Positions 11,473-21,129 are shown, counted from the first letter of the stretch. The stretch is DNA of 64,000 bases from an uncultured Aquiluna sp. (GCA_913775595.1 CAJYLB010000001.1:186001-250000), one strand, 5' to 3'. Made by a program: numbers and translations. The notes: generated from the letters alone by a model not told the origin.

Positions 11473-11906
11473 GGGGCAGTGCAGGCCTTGGTTGCTGGGA
11501 GTTGAGCCACCGCTCCTGAAAGCCCCTCTAGGGAGGTAATACCAGAGGCATTGTCAGAGTCCACAATCACCTCTACCGCTGGGTAGCGGGCGTAGCTGAT
11601 GAAGCGGTAACTGGGTGCTAGAGCGCCGTCGACCAACCAGTCGATGCCTCCTGCGGTGACACACGGTAGCGGTGAGACCTCAACTGGCTCCAGTCCACAT
11701 CTCAGCAGCACCGCCGCCGGATCTCCCCACGCGGCAGTGGCTTGGGCATTGGTGTAACGCTCCTCAAGGCCACCCAGCTGGGATGGAAGCCGCACCATCA
11801 CCTCCGCACACGCAGGATCATTACTACCCTCTGCAGGCTCTAGATTCACCGTCGAGGCGCACCCGCTCAGCGCAAGCAGGACAAACCCAGCGACCAGAAT
11901 TCTCAT
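11469..11906 (-). CDS. DUF3515-family lipoprotein
   Basis: Lipobox LSGC, AAWGDP..LRCG and paired cysteines; conserved position between ddl and thiL. Confidence 0.85.
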   Translation of the reverse strand: MRILVAGFVLLALSGCASTVNLEPAEGSNDPACAEVMVRLPSQLGGLEERYTNAQATAAWGDPAAVLLRCGLEPVEVSPLPCVTAGGIDWLVDGALAPSYRFISYARYPAVEVIVDSDNASGITSLEGLSGAVAQLPATKACTAP

Positions 11907-11929
11907 GAAAATAAGGCTAGCGTTGTCAG

Positions 11930-12925
11930 GTGACCAGTAAGGACCCGTTAGTAGTAGAGCTTGGTGAAAAGGCTGCGCTTGCTTTAGCTGTGAAGCACTT
12001 CAAGCGCGGGCAGAGCACTCTTGTTGGGTCTGGAGACGATTCGGCAGTAATACGGCTGAGCGGTGCCGAGTTTACGGTGACAACAGACACCATGATCGAG
12101 GGCCATGACTTCCGGCATGATTTCTCCTCGGGTTTTGACCTCGGATTCAAGGCAGTCGCAAGCAACGTGGCAGACGTCTATGCCATGGGGGCCAAGCCGG
12201 TTGCGTTGGTAGTAGCCATGACGGTCACAGAGAAAACCACAATGGCTTGGTTTGAGGACTTTGCCAGGGGGCTTCAGACAGGACTGGATCAGCTCGCCCC
12301 GGGTGCCGAAATTGTTGGGGGAGACCTTGGGTTTGGCCCGCTAACAATGATTTCTGTTGCTGCCCATGGAGATCTCGAGCAGAGAGCGCCAATTCTGCGC
12401 TCTGGTGCGCAACCAGGAGACCAGCTGGCGATCTGTGGCACCCTTGGAAAGGCTGCCGCGGGACTTGATCTTTTGCTGCATCAGGACACCACTTTGGCCG
12501 CCTCCTACCCCGAGCTAGTTTCTGTGCAGCTTCGTCCGACACCGCCTGTCGAAGCCGTGACGGGCGGCTTTGAGTTTGCCTCGGCGATGCTGGATGTGTC
12601 TGACTCTTTAGCCTTAGATGCGAGCAGGCTTGCCGAGGCTTCAGGAGTAAAGCTAGTTATCGAACCGAACCTGCTTTTGGGCTTCGAGGCAGTCTTGGAG
12701 CAGGCGGCTCAGTCGCTCCTGTCGCGAGGGGGAGATGCAAGTCCTCGGGACTGGGTACTATTCGGCGGAGAGGATCACGGCTTTCTAGCTACATTCCCGG
12801 GTGGAAATGTGCCAAAGGGTTTCAAGGTAATTGGGTCGGTTCAACAGGGCTTGGGTGTATTCCTAGGGGATGCACCTTTGGAACCTAAAGGCTGGGACTC
12901 TGTTAGGCGTGAAGCTCGGAGTTGA
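11930..12925 (+). CDS. thiL: Thiamine-monophosphate kinase
   Basis: GDDSA, DTMIEGHDF, NVADVYAMG, GGD, DVSD and GGED. Confidence 0.95.
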   Translation: MTSKDPLVVELGEKAALALAVKHFKRGQSTLVGSGDDSAVIRLSGAEFTVTTDTMIEGHDFRHDFSSGFDLGFKAVASNVADVYAMGAKPVALVVAMTVTEKTTMAWFEDFARGLQTGLDQLAPGAEIVGGDLGFGPLTMISVAAHGDLEQRAPILRSGAQPGDQLAICGTLGKAAAGLDLLLHQDTTLAASYPELVSVQLRPTPPVEAVTGGFEFASAMLDVSDSLALDASRLAEASGVKLVIEPNLLLGFEAVLEQAAQSLLSRGGDASPRDWVLFGGEDHGFLATFPGGNVPKGFKVIGSVQQGLGVFLGDAPLEPKGWDSVRREARS

Positions 12926-13853
12926 GCTCAACCCCAAGACCCTCGCGGGCGATTGCCTCGACCGCACCAGACTGTGAGTTTCGTCTGAAGAGCATGCCGG
13001 GCAGGCCGCTTAACTCGGCTGCCTTGACTACCTGCGTCTTGCCATCGACAATCAGGGTAACCTTCGTGCCAGCGGTGACGTAGAGACCCGCCTCGACCAC
13101 CGAATCATCCCCGATTGATATTCCAATTCCTGAGTTGGCACCCAAGAGAGCTCGCTTTCCAATTGCGACTTTGTGTTTGCCGCCACCAGAGAGAGTTCCC
13201 ATGATTGACGCGCCACCACCAATGTCAGAGCCATCGCCAACTACAACACCCTGAGAAATGCGTCCCTCGACCATCGAGGACCCCAAAGTGCCAGCGTTGA
13301 AGTTCACGAATCCCTCGTGCATAACCGTCGTGCCAGGTGCAAGGTGAGCTCCGAGCCTTACCCGGTTCGCATCCGCAATGCGCACCTTCTCTGGAAGCAC
13401 GTAGTCAACGAGCCTTGGGAACTTATCTAGGGAGTGAACCTCCACCCCTTCTGCCTTGAGCTCCAGCCTCTTGCGATGCATGACCTCGGGAAGCATCGGC
13501 CCAAAGTTGGTGAAGGCAAGAATTGGCAGGTTGGGAATCAGCCCTTCCAGGTTGACTGAGTTGGGCTGTGCCTTGAGCATCGAGATCAGGTGCAATCTGA
13601 GATAGGCATCCTCGGTCGATACAACGGGTTGGCTCAGCTCTGCCTCGACCCTGACAACCTCACGAACTACTTCTCTTAGCTCGTCAGCTTGAGCCGCCAG
13701 CTCCAAGTCTTTTGGCGGAAACCACTGGAGGTCGGACTTTGGGGCCTCGCCTAGGGAAACCTCTGGGAACCAAACATCAAGCACCTGGCCCGAAGTGCTC
13801 TTGGTTGCAAGGCCGTGCCCCCAGGCCATTTGCTCTAGGTATCCTTCACTCAT
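12903..13853 (-). CDS. dapD: Tetrahydrodipicolinate N-succinyltransferase
   Basis: DAYLRLHL, DKFPR, VMHEGFVNFNAGTLG, hexapeptide repeats and FRRNS. Confidence 0.96.
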   Translation of the reverse strand: MSEGYLEQMAWGHGLATKSTSGQVLDVWFPEVSLGEAPKSDLQWFPPKDLELAAQADELREVVREVVRVEAELSQPVVSTEDAYLRLHLISMLKAQPNSVNLEGLIPNLPILAFTNFGPMLPEVMHRKRLELKAEGVEVHSLDKFPRLVDYVLPEKVRIADANRVRLGAHLAPGTTVMHEGFVNFNAGTLGSSMVEGRISQGVVVGDGSDIGGGASIMGTLSGGGKHKVAIGKRALLGANSGIGISIGDDSVVEAGLYVTAGTKVTLIVDGKTQVVKAAELSGLPGMLFRRNSQSGAVEAIAREGLGVELNSELHA

Positions 13854-13883
13854 TCGAACCAGAATACAGGTAGCCTTTTTGCC

Positions 13884-14954
13884 ATGGCCTCCCTGGATCT
13901 CACCAAGAACCTCGTAGAGCTAACTCTTGATGTTTGCAATATTGAGAGCGTCTCGGGATCCGAACAGGCACTTGCCAATGCAGTTTTCAATGCTCTAGAT
14001 GGTTTGGACCACCTTGAGGTGATTCGAGATGGCAACTGCGTTGTCGCTAGGACCAACAGTGGCCTCGAGCGCGTGATCATTGCCGGTCACCTTGATACCG
14101 TGCCGCCAAACGGAAACCTTCCAGCCGAGCTCCACCATTTTGAGCGTGAACAGACCATTGTCGGTAGAGGCTCCGTGGACATGAAGGGCGGAGTGGCCGT
14201 GATGCTCAAACTCGCATTCGAGATTTCAAGTCCGGTCAAGGACATCACCTGGATTTTTTATGACAACGAAGAGGTCTCCAGCGAACTAAATGGTCTGGGG
14301 CGGCTTGCGCGAAACCACCCCGAACTGTTTGAGGGCAGCTTTGCGATTCTGTGCGAACCGTCCAGTGGGCTAGTCGAGGGTGGCTGCAATGGCACCATGC
14401 GTGTAGTTGTTTCTACCTCGGGTAAGGCCGCCCACTCCGCTAGACCGTGGATGGGAGAGAACGCAATTCACGCCCTAGATGCTGTCCTAGGCAAGCTAAA
14501 TGTTTATGAGCCCCAGACCGTGGCTGTCGAGGGTTTGGAATACCGCGAGAGCCTAAATGCGGTAAGGATTTCTGGTGGAGTGGCCGGAAACGTAATCCCG
14601 GATAGCGCCGAGGTCGAGGTAAATTACCGCTTCGCACCCTCAAAGAGCGCAGCCGATGCTGAGGCTCACCTGCGCGAGGTTTTCTCAGGGTTTGATCTAG
14701 AGGTTGTTGATGTTGCCGAGGGCGCTAGGCCCGGACTGGATTCTGAGCTCGCCAAGGAGTTCTTGAGCGCAACGAATACGGTTGCCAGGCCAAAGTATGG
14801 CTGGACAGACGTTGCCAGATTCTCTGCGCTTGGGATACCCGCGGTCAACTATGGTCCGGGTGATCCATCGCTTGCTCATGCCGACAACGAGAATGTTCCA
14901 GTTGGCCACCTTTTTGATGTGGAGAGTGGGCTCAGGAGCTGGCTGGCTCGCTAG
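13884..14954 (+). CDS. dapE: Succinyl-diaminopimelate desuccinylase
   Basis: GHLDTVP, GRGSVDMKGG, EE, HSARPW, GWTDVARF and AH; divergent from dapD. Confidence 0.95.
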   Translation: MASLDLTKNLVELTLDVCNIESVSGSEQALANAVFNALDGLDHLEVIRDGNCVVARTNSGLERVIIAGHLDTVPPNGNLPAELHHFEREQTIVGRGSVDMKGGVAVMLKLAFEISSPVKDITWIFYDNEEVSSELNGLGRLARNHPELFEGSFAILCEPSSGLVEGGCNGTMRVVVSTSGKAAHSARPWMGENAIHALDAVLGKLNVYEPQTVAVEGLEYRESLNAVRISGGVAGNVIPDSAEVEVNYRFAPSKSAADAEAHLREVFSGFDLEVVDVAEGARPGLDSELAKEFLSATNTVARPKYGWTDVARFSALGIPAVNYGPGDPSLAHADNENVPVGHLFDVESGLRSWLAR

Positions 14955-15021
14955 CGGGGTGGCAGAGGGCCCGTAAATCTGGGATAATTGGCCTTTCCGC
15001 AATTTCCAAGGAGTTTTTCTG

Positions 15022-15195
15022 ATGGCAGCAATGAAGCCTCGCACTGGTGATGGACCCATGGAGGCAGAGCGCGAGCCCCGCGGTTTGATTGTTTTGCGCG
15101 TCCCACTTGAAGGTGGTGGACGTTTGGTTGTGTCTGTGAACGACGATGAGGCGAAGGCCCTGCACAAGGTACTAGAGGGCGTAATTAAGAAGTAA
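15022..15195 (+). CDS. DUF3117 family small protein (57 aa, absent from the ORF track)
   Basis: Translates to MAAMKPRTGDGPMEAEREPRGLIVLRVPLEGGGRLVVSVNDDEAKALHKVLEGVIKK, with an AAGGAG SD upstream. MAAMKPRTGDGP and PLEGGGRLVV are the family signature. Confidence 0.93.
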   Translation: MAAMKPRTGDGPMEAEREPRGLIVLRVPLEGGGRLVVSVNDDEAKALHKVLEGVIKK

Positions 15196-15822
15196 CTACT
15201 TCTTCACCGCGACAAACAACCCATCTCCAACCAGGGAGATGCTTGCAATGAAGTCTTCGGCATCCGAGAATCCGTTGATTGCACTTCTGAGCGCAACGGT
15301 TTCATCTTCCCTCAGCGCTGGATTTGGAACCCTGTCTCGCCAGAGTGCGTGAGCGATAACCAAGACCCCACCCGGCTTCAGAAGCAAAACGGACTGAGCA
15401 AGAAGCGAGCCAAGATCATTGGGGTCGAGATCGAGGAATACTAAGTCGTAGGCGGACTCCGCCATGTTCCCCATGACCGCATTGGCCCTGCCGGAGATGA
15501 CCCGAATTCGTGCCGGTGGGATCTGCGACTTCTTAAAGTTCTCCCTGGCAACGTTTTGATATTCGGGTTCTTCGTCGATAGTCGTTACTACAGAATCTTC
15601 ACTGGCGCTGAGGAGCCAAAGTGCCGAGACTCCTGCTCCCGTGCCAACCTCAGCGATTGACCTTGCACGGGCAACTGCGGCTAGAAGGGCTAATTGATTG
15701 CCGGTTGCCGGGGTGATTGACTCAACACCAAGTTCCTCGGCGGTCTTTCGAGCGTCTTGAATATGTGCGGGCTCTGAGGCGAAGTCTTCTGCGAACTTCC
15801 AGCTTGCAATCTTGTCAATCAT
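15196..15822 (-). CDS. O-methyltransferase (class I, SAM-dependent)
   Basis: EVGTGAGVS, YDLVFLD and LLKPGG; conserved position divergent from tatB. Confidence 0.9.
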   Translation of the reverse strand: MIDKIASWKFAEDFASEPAHIQDARKTAEELGVESITPATGNQLALLAAVARARSIAEVGTGAGVSALWLLSASEDSVVTTIDEEPEYQNVARENFKKSQIPPARIRVISGRANAVMGNMAESAYDLVFLDLDPNDLGSLLAQSVLLLKPGGVLVIAHALWRDRVPNPALREDETVALRSAINGFSDAEDFIASISLVGDGLFVAVKK

Positions 15823-15888
15823 CTTGCGCTCAAGCTTAGGTAGCGAGATGGCATTTCCCTCGCATTCATTGGGGGTAAACTGCAACGC

Positions 15889-16242
15889 ATGTTTGGTCTT
15901 AGCGCAGAGAAGCTATTGCTCCTTGCGCTACTTGCAGTGTTGATCATTGGGCCTGAGCGGCTCCCCTACTACGCCAAGCAGATGGGCGAGTGGGTCAAAA
16001 AGGGCAAGCGCATGATTGACAATGCCCAGGAGCAAATGAAGAGCGAGCTGGGCGATGGTTTCGAAGATGTTGACTGGAAGAAGCTTGACCCAAGGCAGTA
16101 TGACCCTAGAAGAATTGTGCGTGACGCGCTCCGCGAAGAAAAGCGCAAGCCGAATGCTGCAGAGACCCTCAACAGGGCTAAGCCCCCACAGAAGCCTCTC
16201 GAGCTAGGGGAGACCCCACCTTTCGACCTAGAGTCGACCTAG
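15889..16242 (+). CDS. tatB: Sec-independent translocase subunit TatB
   Basis: N-terminal TM followed by GPERLP and an amphipathic helix; LDPRQYDPR; C-terminal PFDLEST. Confidence 0.9.
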   Translation: MFGLSAEKLLLLALLAVLIIGPERLPYYAKQMGEWVKKGKRMIDNAQEQMKSELGDGFEDVDWKKLDPRQYDPRRIVRDALREEKRKPNAAETLNRAKPPQKPLELGETPPFDLEST

Positions 16243-16244
16243 GC

Positions 16245-17720
16245 CTAAATCTTCCCCATCCAGCGGGCTAGCTTTGTCATAAGTGGCGCCATCTTCCTAT
16301 AGTCCCTGGCCCTATTTGGGAGCCCAATAGGTAATTTGTTGGCCACTCCGATTGTTCGATTCTCCGTGAAACGCAGCAGGCCATCAGGACCTGATCGCCT
16401 GTTCATACCGGACTGTTTCATGCCACCCATTGGAGCTGCCATGGTTGCCATCGAGGCCCTGTAGCCCTCATTGATGTTGACTGAGCCCGCCATGAGTCTC
16501 GATGCAATATCCATGGCGGCTTTCTTGTCTCCTACGACCGATGCATTTAGTCCGTACTCGGTTGCATTTGCCAATTGCACAGCCTCGTCAAGGCTGTCGT
16601 AACCAACAAGGGCGATTACCGGACCAAAGACCTCTTTGTGAAGAATCTCAGCGCCTTGGGGAATGTCAGCAAGCACTGTGGGCGCATAGAAGTTAGGTCC
16701 AATCTCCCTCAGGACCTTTCCGCCGGTCACGAGCCTGGCACCCTCATCGATGGCGCGCTGGACAAAACCGCTCACTCTTTCGAGCTGAGCCACAGAGCTA
16801 AGCGCACCGAGATCGTATTCAAATTGCGAGGAAGAACCGACCTTGAGGGACTCGACGCGGTTTTTGAGCTCGAGTTCAAACGCTGCCATCGCATGATTCG
16901 GCACGTAGAGGCGCTCAATTGAGACGCACAGCTGACCGGCGTTGCCAAACGCACTTGCCAGTACCATCTCTGCGGCCTCGGAAACGTTGGCTCCGGGCAA
17001 GACAATCATCGGGTTCTTGCCACCAAGCTCCAGGGAGTAGCCGATAAGCCTGCTCGCTGCTCTCTGGGCAACTAGCTTCCCCGTTGCCGTTGAGCCCGTG
17101 AAAGCGAGGTAGTCGCAGTGGTCAATAAGTGCATTTCCAACTTCACTGGCTTCGCCGTGCACTACCTGCCAGATGAGCTCGGGCACACCTGCCGAAACAG
17201 CAATGTCTCTAGCCATGAGGACCGTTTTAGCGGTTTGGTTGTCGGCCTTCTGCACCACAGCATTGCCAGCCATAAGGGCTGGGATCACATCCATCATGGT
17301 CAGCGCGAGGGGGTAGTTCCAGGGGGTAACGATCCCCACGGCACCGACAGGAGCCGGCTCGGTGTAAGCGGTAATCAGCAGCGGAACACCGCCGCGAACC
17401 TTCTGCCGCTTCATTAGCTTTGGAGCCACTTTTGCGTAGTAGGAGATTGCGGCCAGCGCTCCCGTGATCTCCTCAAAGGCGTGGGAGCGAGACTTGCCAG
17501 TCTCCTTCTGGAGCATGTCCATCAGATCTTCTTGCTTTGCAATCAAAGAATCCACAAGCTGGCTGGCGACGCGAGCCCTGGCCTTGCCGCCTATGGCGGC
17601 CCATGCGGGCTGGGCCTCTCTCGCGCTTTGAAAACGCAGCGCCACATCACTAGCGGAGTGGGCGTCGATTTCGTGGAGCTTATTACCGGTTAGCGGGTCA
17701 ACAACTTTGATACTGGCCAT
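16245..17720 (-). CDS. Aldehyde dehydrogenase (GabD2/succinate-semialdehyde dehydrogenase-like)
   Basis: PWNYP, FTGS, ELGGKNP, GQLC, EVFGP and GGMKQSG. Confidence 0.9.
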   Translation of the reverse strand: MASIKVVDPLTGNKLHEIDAHSASDVALRFQSAREAQPAWAAIGGKARARVASQLVDSLIAKQEDLMDMLQKETGKSRSHAFEEITGALAAISYYAKVAPKLMKRQKVRGGVPLLITAYTEPAPVGAVGIVTPWNYPLALTMMDVIPALMAGNAVVQKADNQTAKTVLMARDIAVSAGVPELIWQVVHGEASEVGNALIDHCDYLAFTGSTATGKLVAQRAASRLIGYSLELGGKNPMIVLPGANVSEAAEMVLASAFGNAGQLCVSIERLYVPNHAMAAFELELKNRVESLKVGSSSQFEYDLGALSSVAQLERVSGFVQRAIDEGARLVTGGKVLREIGPNFYAPTVLADIPQGAEILHKEVFGPVIALVGYDSLDEAVQLANATEYGLNASVVGDKKAAMDIASRLMAGSVNINEGYRASMATMAAPMGGMKQSGMNRRSGPDGLLRFTENRTIGVANKLPIGLPNRARDYRKMAPLMTKLARWMGKI

Positions 17721-17726
17721 GGCTAT

Positions 17727-18830
17727 TTAAACGGGATTAATCCCGAGCTTCTTCCCGCTTAGCCCCCTTGGTATTGCGGCCAGTTTCGTCGCAATTTCCG
17801 AGATGGCTAGCGCCGCAGGGTCACTAGGCAAAGATGCCACTATTGGCGCACCATTATCACTTGCCTCTCGAAGGCTTTCACTGATTGGTATCTGCCCTAA
17901 TAGGTCTACTTTCTCGCCAGATAACTCACTGAGTCTTTTGGTCACTGCCGCTCCACCGCCAGCTCCGAAGAGGTTGTGCCTTTTGCCGTCTACCTCAAGA
18001 AAACTCATGTTTTCGATTACCCCAAGAATGCTCTGTCCAGTTTGGAGTCCGATCGCACCAGAGCGCTCTGCAACGGTCGCGGCCGCTGCCTGTGGAGTGG
18101 TGACGACTATCGACATGGCCCCCGGCAAGAGCTGTCCGAGGCTAATTGCCACATCCCCGGTTCCGGGTGGAAGATCCACCACTAGGAAATCCAGGTCAGA
18201 CCAATACACATCCGTCAGGAACTGCTCAACGGCGCGATGTAGCATCGGCCCGCGCCAACCAACGGGTTTGTTGTCCTCAACAAAGAAGCCAATTGAGATA
18301 ACCCTTACGTCATGGGCGATGGGCGGCAGCATCAGCTCATCTACCTTTGTGGGACGCGAATCAATGCCCATGATGCCGGGTATTGAGTAGCCAAAAATAT
18401 CCGCATCCAGCAGACCAACGTTGTGCCCCTGCTTTGCAAGGGCGACCGCGAGGTTCGCGGTGATAGTCGACTTTCCGACCCCGCCCTTACCGCTACCGAC
18501 AAAGAGGACTTTTGTTAGAGAACCCTCCTGGGCAAAGGGGTTGTGTCTAATTGGCTTGTCTCCGCGAAGTTTTTGCTTGAGCTCATCTCGCTCGGATGCA
18601 CTCATTGTGGTCATCTGAACTTCGACCCGGTCGAACACTGCTGCCAAGGCCTCGTTCACGTCCCGCTCGATTGATTGTGCGGCCGGGCAGCCAACAATAG
18701 TCAGCTTTATCTCTGCGGTAATTGCTGAGTTGGTCTCTGTGAGCTTTCCGACCATACCCAGCTCTGTTATGGGTCTTCTGAGTTCAGGGTCGATGACCTT
18801 GCTCAGAGCCGCAAGTGCCCTATTGCTCAT
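17727..18830 (-). CDS. mrp: Mrp/NBP35 family P-loop ATPase with N-terminal DUF59 domain
   Basis: DPELRRPITELGMV...GCP (DUF59), GKGGVGKS, DADIFG, WRGPM, DLPPGTGD, TTPQ and ENMS. Confidence 0.93.
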   Translation of the reverse strand: MSNRALAALSKVIDPELRRPITELGMVGKLTETNSAITAEIKLTIVGCPAAQSIERDVNEALAAVFDRVEVQMTTMSASERDELKQKLRGDKPIRHNPFAQEGSLTKVLFVGSGKGGVGKSTITANLAVALAKQGHNVGLLDADIFGYSIPGIMGIDSRPTKVDELMLPPIAHDVRVISIGFFVEDNKPVGWRGPMLHRAVEQFLTDVYWSDLDFLVVDLPPGTGDVAISLGQLLPGAMSIVVTTPQAAAATVAERSGAIGLQTGQSILGVIENMSFLEVDGKRHNLFGAGGGAAVTKRLSELSGEKVDLLGQIPISESLREASDNGAPIVASLPSDPAALAISEIATKLAAIPRGLSGKKLGINPV

Positions 18831-19339
18831 TTGGTTTTCTTTGAGCGCTTTGGCTTATTTAGCTCCTCGAGGAGCTCTGCCATTGCCTGCCTGACCTCGT
18901 CGCGAACATGGTCTCTGGTCGCCACCTCTTCAATCGCCAGACGAAGCGCTGCAACCTCTCGAGCGAGGTATTCGGTGTCGGCAAGGTTCTGCTCGGCTCT
19001 CTGGCGATCCTGCTCAAATTTGACCCGGTCCCGATCGTCCTGGCGGTTTTGAGCCAACAGAATCAGCGGAGCAGCATACGAGGCCTGGAGAGACAAGATG
19101 AGCGTGAGGAGCGTGAAGTTCAGTGCTCTGGGATCAAATTGGGCTCCGGTGGGAGCCAGGGTATTCCAAGTCAGCCAGAGCGCTACGAAGACCGTCATCG
19201 CGATCAGGAAAGCTCCGGTACCCATTGCACGGGCAAACCGCTCCGAAATCCGGCCAACCGTCTCTTGGCTCAGATACGGCATACGGAAGAGGCTCCGCCT
19301 GCCAAGAGGTCGCTCCAGCTGAGATTGGTTTCTAGCCAT
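18827..19339 (-). CDS. DUF1003 membrane protein
   Basis: Two TM segments with LILSLQASYAAPLILLAQNRQ, then a coiled coil. Confidence 0.9.
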   Translation of the reverse strand: MARNQSQLERPLGRRSLFRMPYLSQETVGRISERFARAMGTGAFLIAMTVFVALWLTWNTLAPTGAQFDPRALNFTLLTLILSLQASYAAPLILLAQNRQDDRDRVKFEQDRQRAEQNLADTEYLAREVAALRLAIEEVATRDHVRDEVRQAMAELLEELNKPKRSKKTK

Positions 19340-20577
19340 TAGCTCTCCTCCTCACTTCTCCAGTCATCCGGAAGCAGATGATCGAGGACGTCGTCCACCG
19401 TTACCGCGCCAATGAGGTGGCGCTCGGAATCAATTACTGGCAGTGCCACGAGGTCATAAGTTGCAAGGTCACGGTGAATCTGTCCGATCGGTGTGTGTGC
19501 ATCGATTGGCTCTTGCTCGCTATCCAGAAGGGTTCCAAGACGCTCGCTCGGCGGGTAACGCAGCAGTTTCTGGAAGTGCACCACACCTAGGTATCTGCCG
19601 GCAGGAGTCTCATAGGGTGGCATGGTCACAAAGACCTGTGCTGCAAGAACCGGCTCCACTTCTCTCCTGCGGATCAAAGCCAAGGCCTCGGCAACTGTCG
19701 TGTCGGCAGCGCAAATGATCGGCTCCGGAGTCATCAGACCACCCGCTGTATATGGTTCATATTTGAGAAGCTGACGGATATCCTCAGCCTCCTCGTCGTC
19801 CATGAGACCAAGCAGAGCCTCTGCCCGCTCTGAGCTCAAATTGGCCATCAGGTCGGCAGCATCGTCCGGTCCCATTAGATCCAGCACCTCAGCGGCTCGC
19901 TCATCCTCAAGGTCGTTGATGATTTCCAGCTGCTCGTCCTCCGGGAGCTCTTCAAGCAGATCAGCAAGACGCTCGTCATCGAGCTCCTCGGCAAGAGCCA
20001 ACATCCGATCCTCGGGCAGGTCTAAAACGGCGGTTGCAAGGTCTGCTGGCCTGAGGTCTGCAACCGCGCTCAACAGCTGCTGGGCATCCTGATCCTGGGG
20101 GTCCTCTTGGTTTTCCGAGACGTCTTGCCAGAGCACGAACTCAGTTGGACCCTTTGCAAAGGGGAGTGCCGTGGACTTGGGTCTTCTGACGAAGAGCTCA
20201 GTCTGGATCCACTCTCCGCGCTTGTTCTTTTCGATCGCGAAGTCTTCGATTGTTGCGACTTTTTTGTCGGCCAGAAGCGTCACTTTGCGACCGAGGATCT
20301 CTGCGATTGCCCTGACCTCCTGCCCGCGCTGGGAGAACCTTCTGAGATCAATCAGCCCGTTAGTTATGACCTGGCCAGGCGCAATGGCCGTGACTCGGGT
20401 AATGGGGAGGAAGACCCTCCTGCGGCCGGAAATCTCAATGATGAAGCCGGTCGCCCTGGGGGCAACAGTCTTTCGATAGGCCATCAGAACATCGACTACC
20501 TTGCCCACTCGATCGCCCTGGGGGTCAAAGACCCCGCAGCCCACGAGGCGAGCCACAAATACCCTTGTTGCGCTCAT
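19339..20577 (-). CDS. MgtE intracellular-domain protein (PRC-like + MgtE-N + CBS pair, no TM domain)
   Basis: Acidic helical repeats, TAGGLMTPE, CBS motifs (YDLVALPVID, GAVTVDDVLD); no hydrophobic C-terminal region. Confidence 0.88.
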   Translation of the reverse strand: MSATRVFVARLVGCGVFDPQGDRVGKVVDVLMAYRKTVAPRATGFIIEISGRRRVFLPITRVTAIAPGQVITNGLIDLRRFSQRGQEVRAIAEILGRKVTLLADKKVATIEDFAIEKNKRGEWIQTELFVRRPKSTALPFAKGPTEFVLWQDVSENQEDPQDQDAQQLLSAVADLRPADLATAVLDLPEDRMLALAEELDDERLADLLEELPEDEQLEIINDLEDERAAEVLDLMGPDDAADLMANLSSERAEALLGLMDDEEAEDIRQLLKYEPYTAGGLMTPEPIICAADTTVAEALALIRRREVEPVLAAQVFVTMPPYETPAGRYLGVVHFQKLLRYPPSERLGTLLDSEQEPIDAHTPIGQIHRDLATYDLVALPVIDSERHLIGAVTVDDVLDHLLPDDWRSEEES

Positions 20578-20622
20578 AGAGATACCTCGCTAGCCGCTTC
20601 GAATTCGTGAAACAATTTGAAC

Positions 20623-21129
20623 ATGTCCGAAGCCAAGAACAACTCTAGAAGCAAACAGGTTGGGCCCACAGTCCCTAAGGGACACGTTCTAGGCGAATTT
20701 ACCAACTATCAAGAGGCATCTGCAATGGTGGACAAGCTATTGCAGGGAGATTTCAAAGCAACGGATGTCTCAATTGTCGGCCACGATCCAGTGCTGGTGG
20801 AGAGAGTTCGAAGCCGCCTTGGCTATGGCCGGGTTGCCGCCTCGGGCGCACTCACGGGCTTTTGGATTGGCCTCATTTTTGCGCTTCTGATTGGTGCAGG
20901 GGTAACGGTGATGCCAGACGGTGGTATTTCTTATAACCCTCAGGAGTTTGCGGCGGTATTGGTAATCAGCGCAGGCTTTGGAATGCTTTTCAACATTGTC
21001 CGCTTCAGCGTCTCAAAGAACCGCAGGGCTTTTGTCTCCCAGCAGGCACCTGTTGCAACCAGATATCAGGTGATTGTTCCCGAGGCCCAGGCTGGCCTTG
21101 CCCACAAGGCTCTAGCCGGCAACGGCTAA
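20623..21129 (+). CDS. General stress protein-like membrane protein
   Basis: YQEASAMVDKL...VSIVG N-terminal domain plus two Gly-rich TM segments. Start at ATG 20623 or TTG 20617. Confidence 0.75.
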   Translation: MSEAKNNSRSKQVGPTVPKGHVLGEFTNYQEASAMVDKLLQGDFKATDVSIVGHDPVLVERVRSRLGYGRVAASGALTGFWIGLIFALLIGAGVTVMPDGGISYNPQEFAAVLVISAGFGMLFNIVRFSVSKNRRAFVSQQAPVATRYQVIVPEAQAGLAHKALAGNG

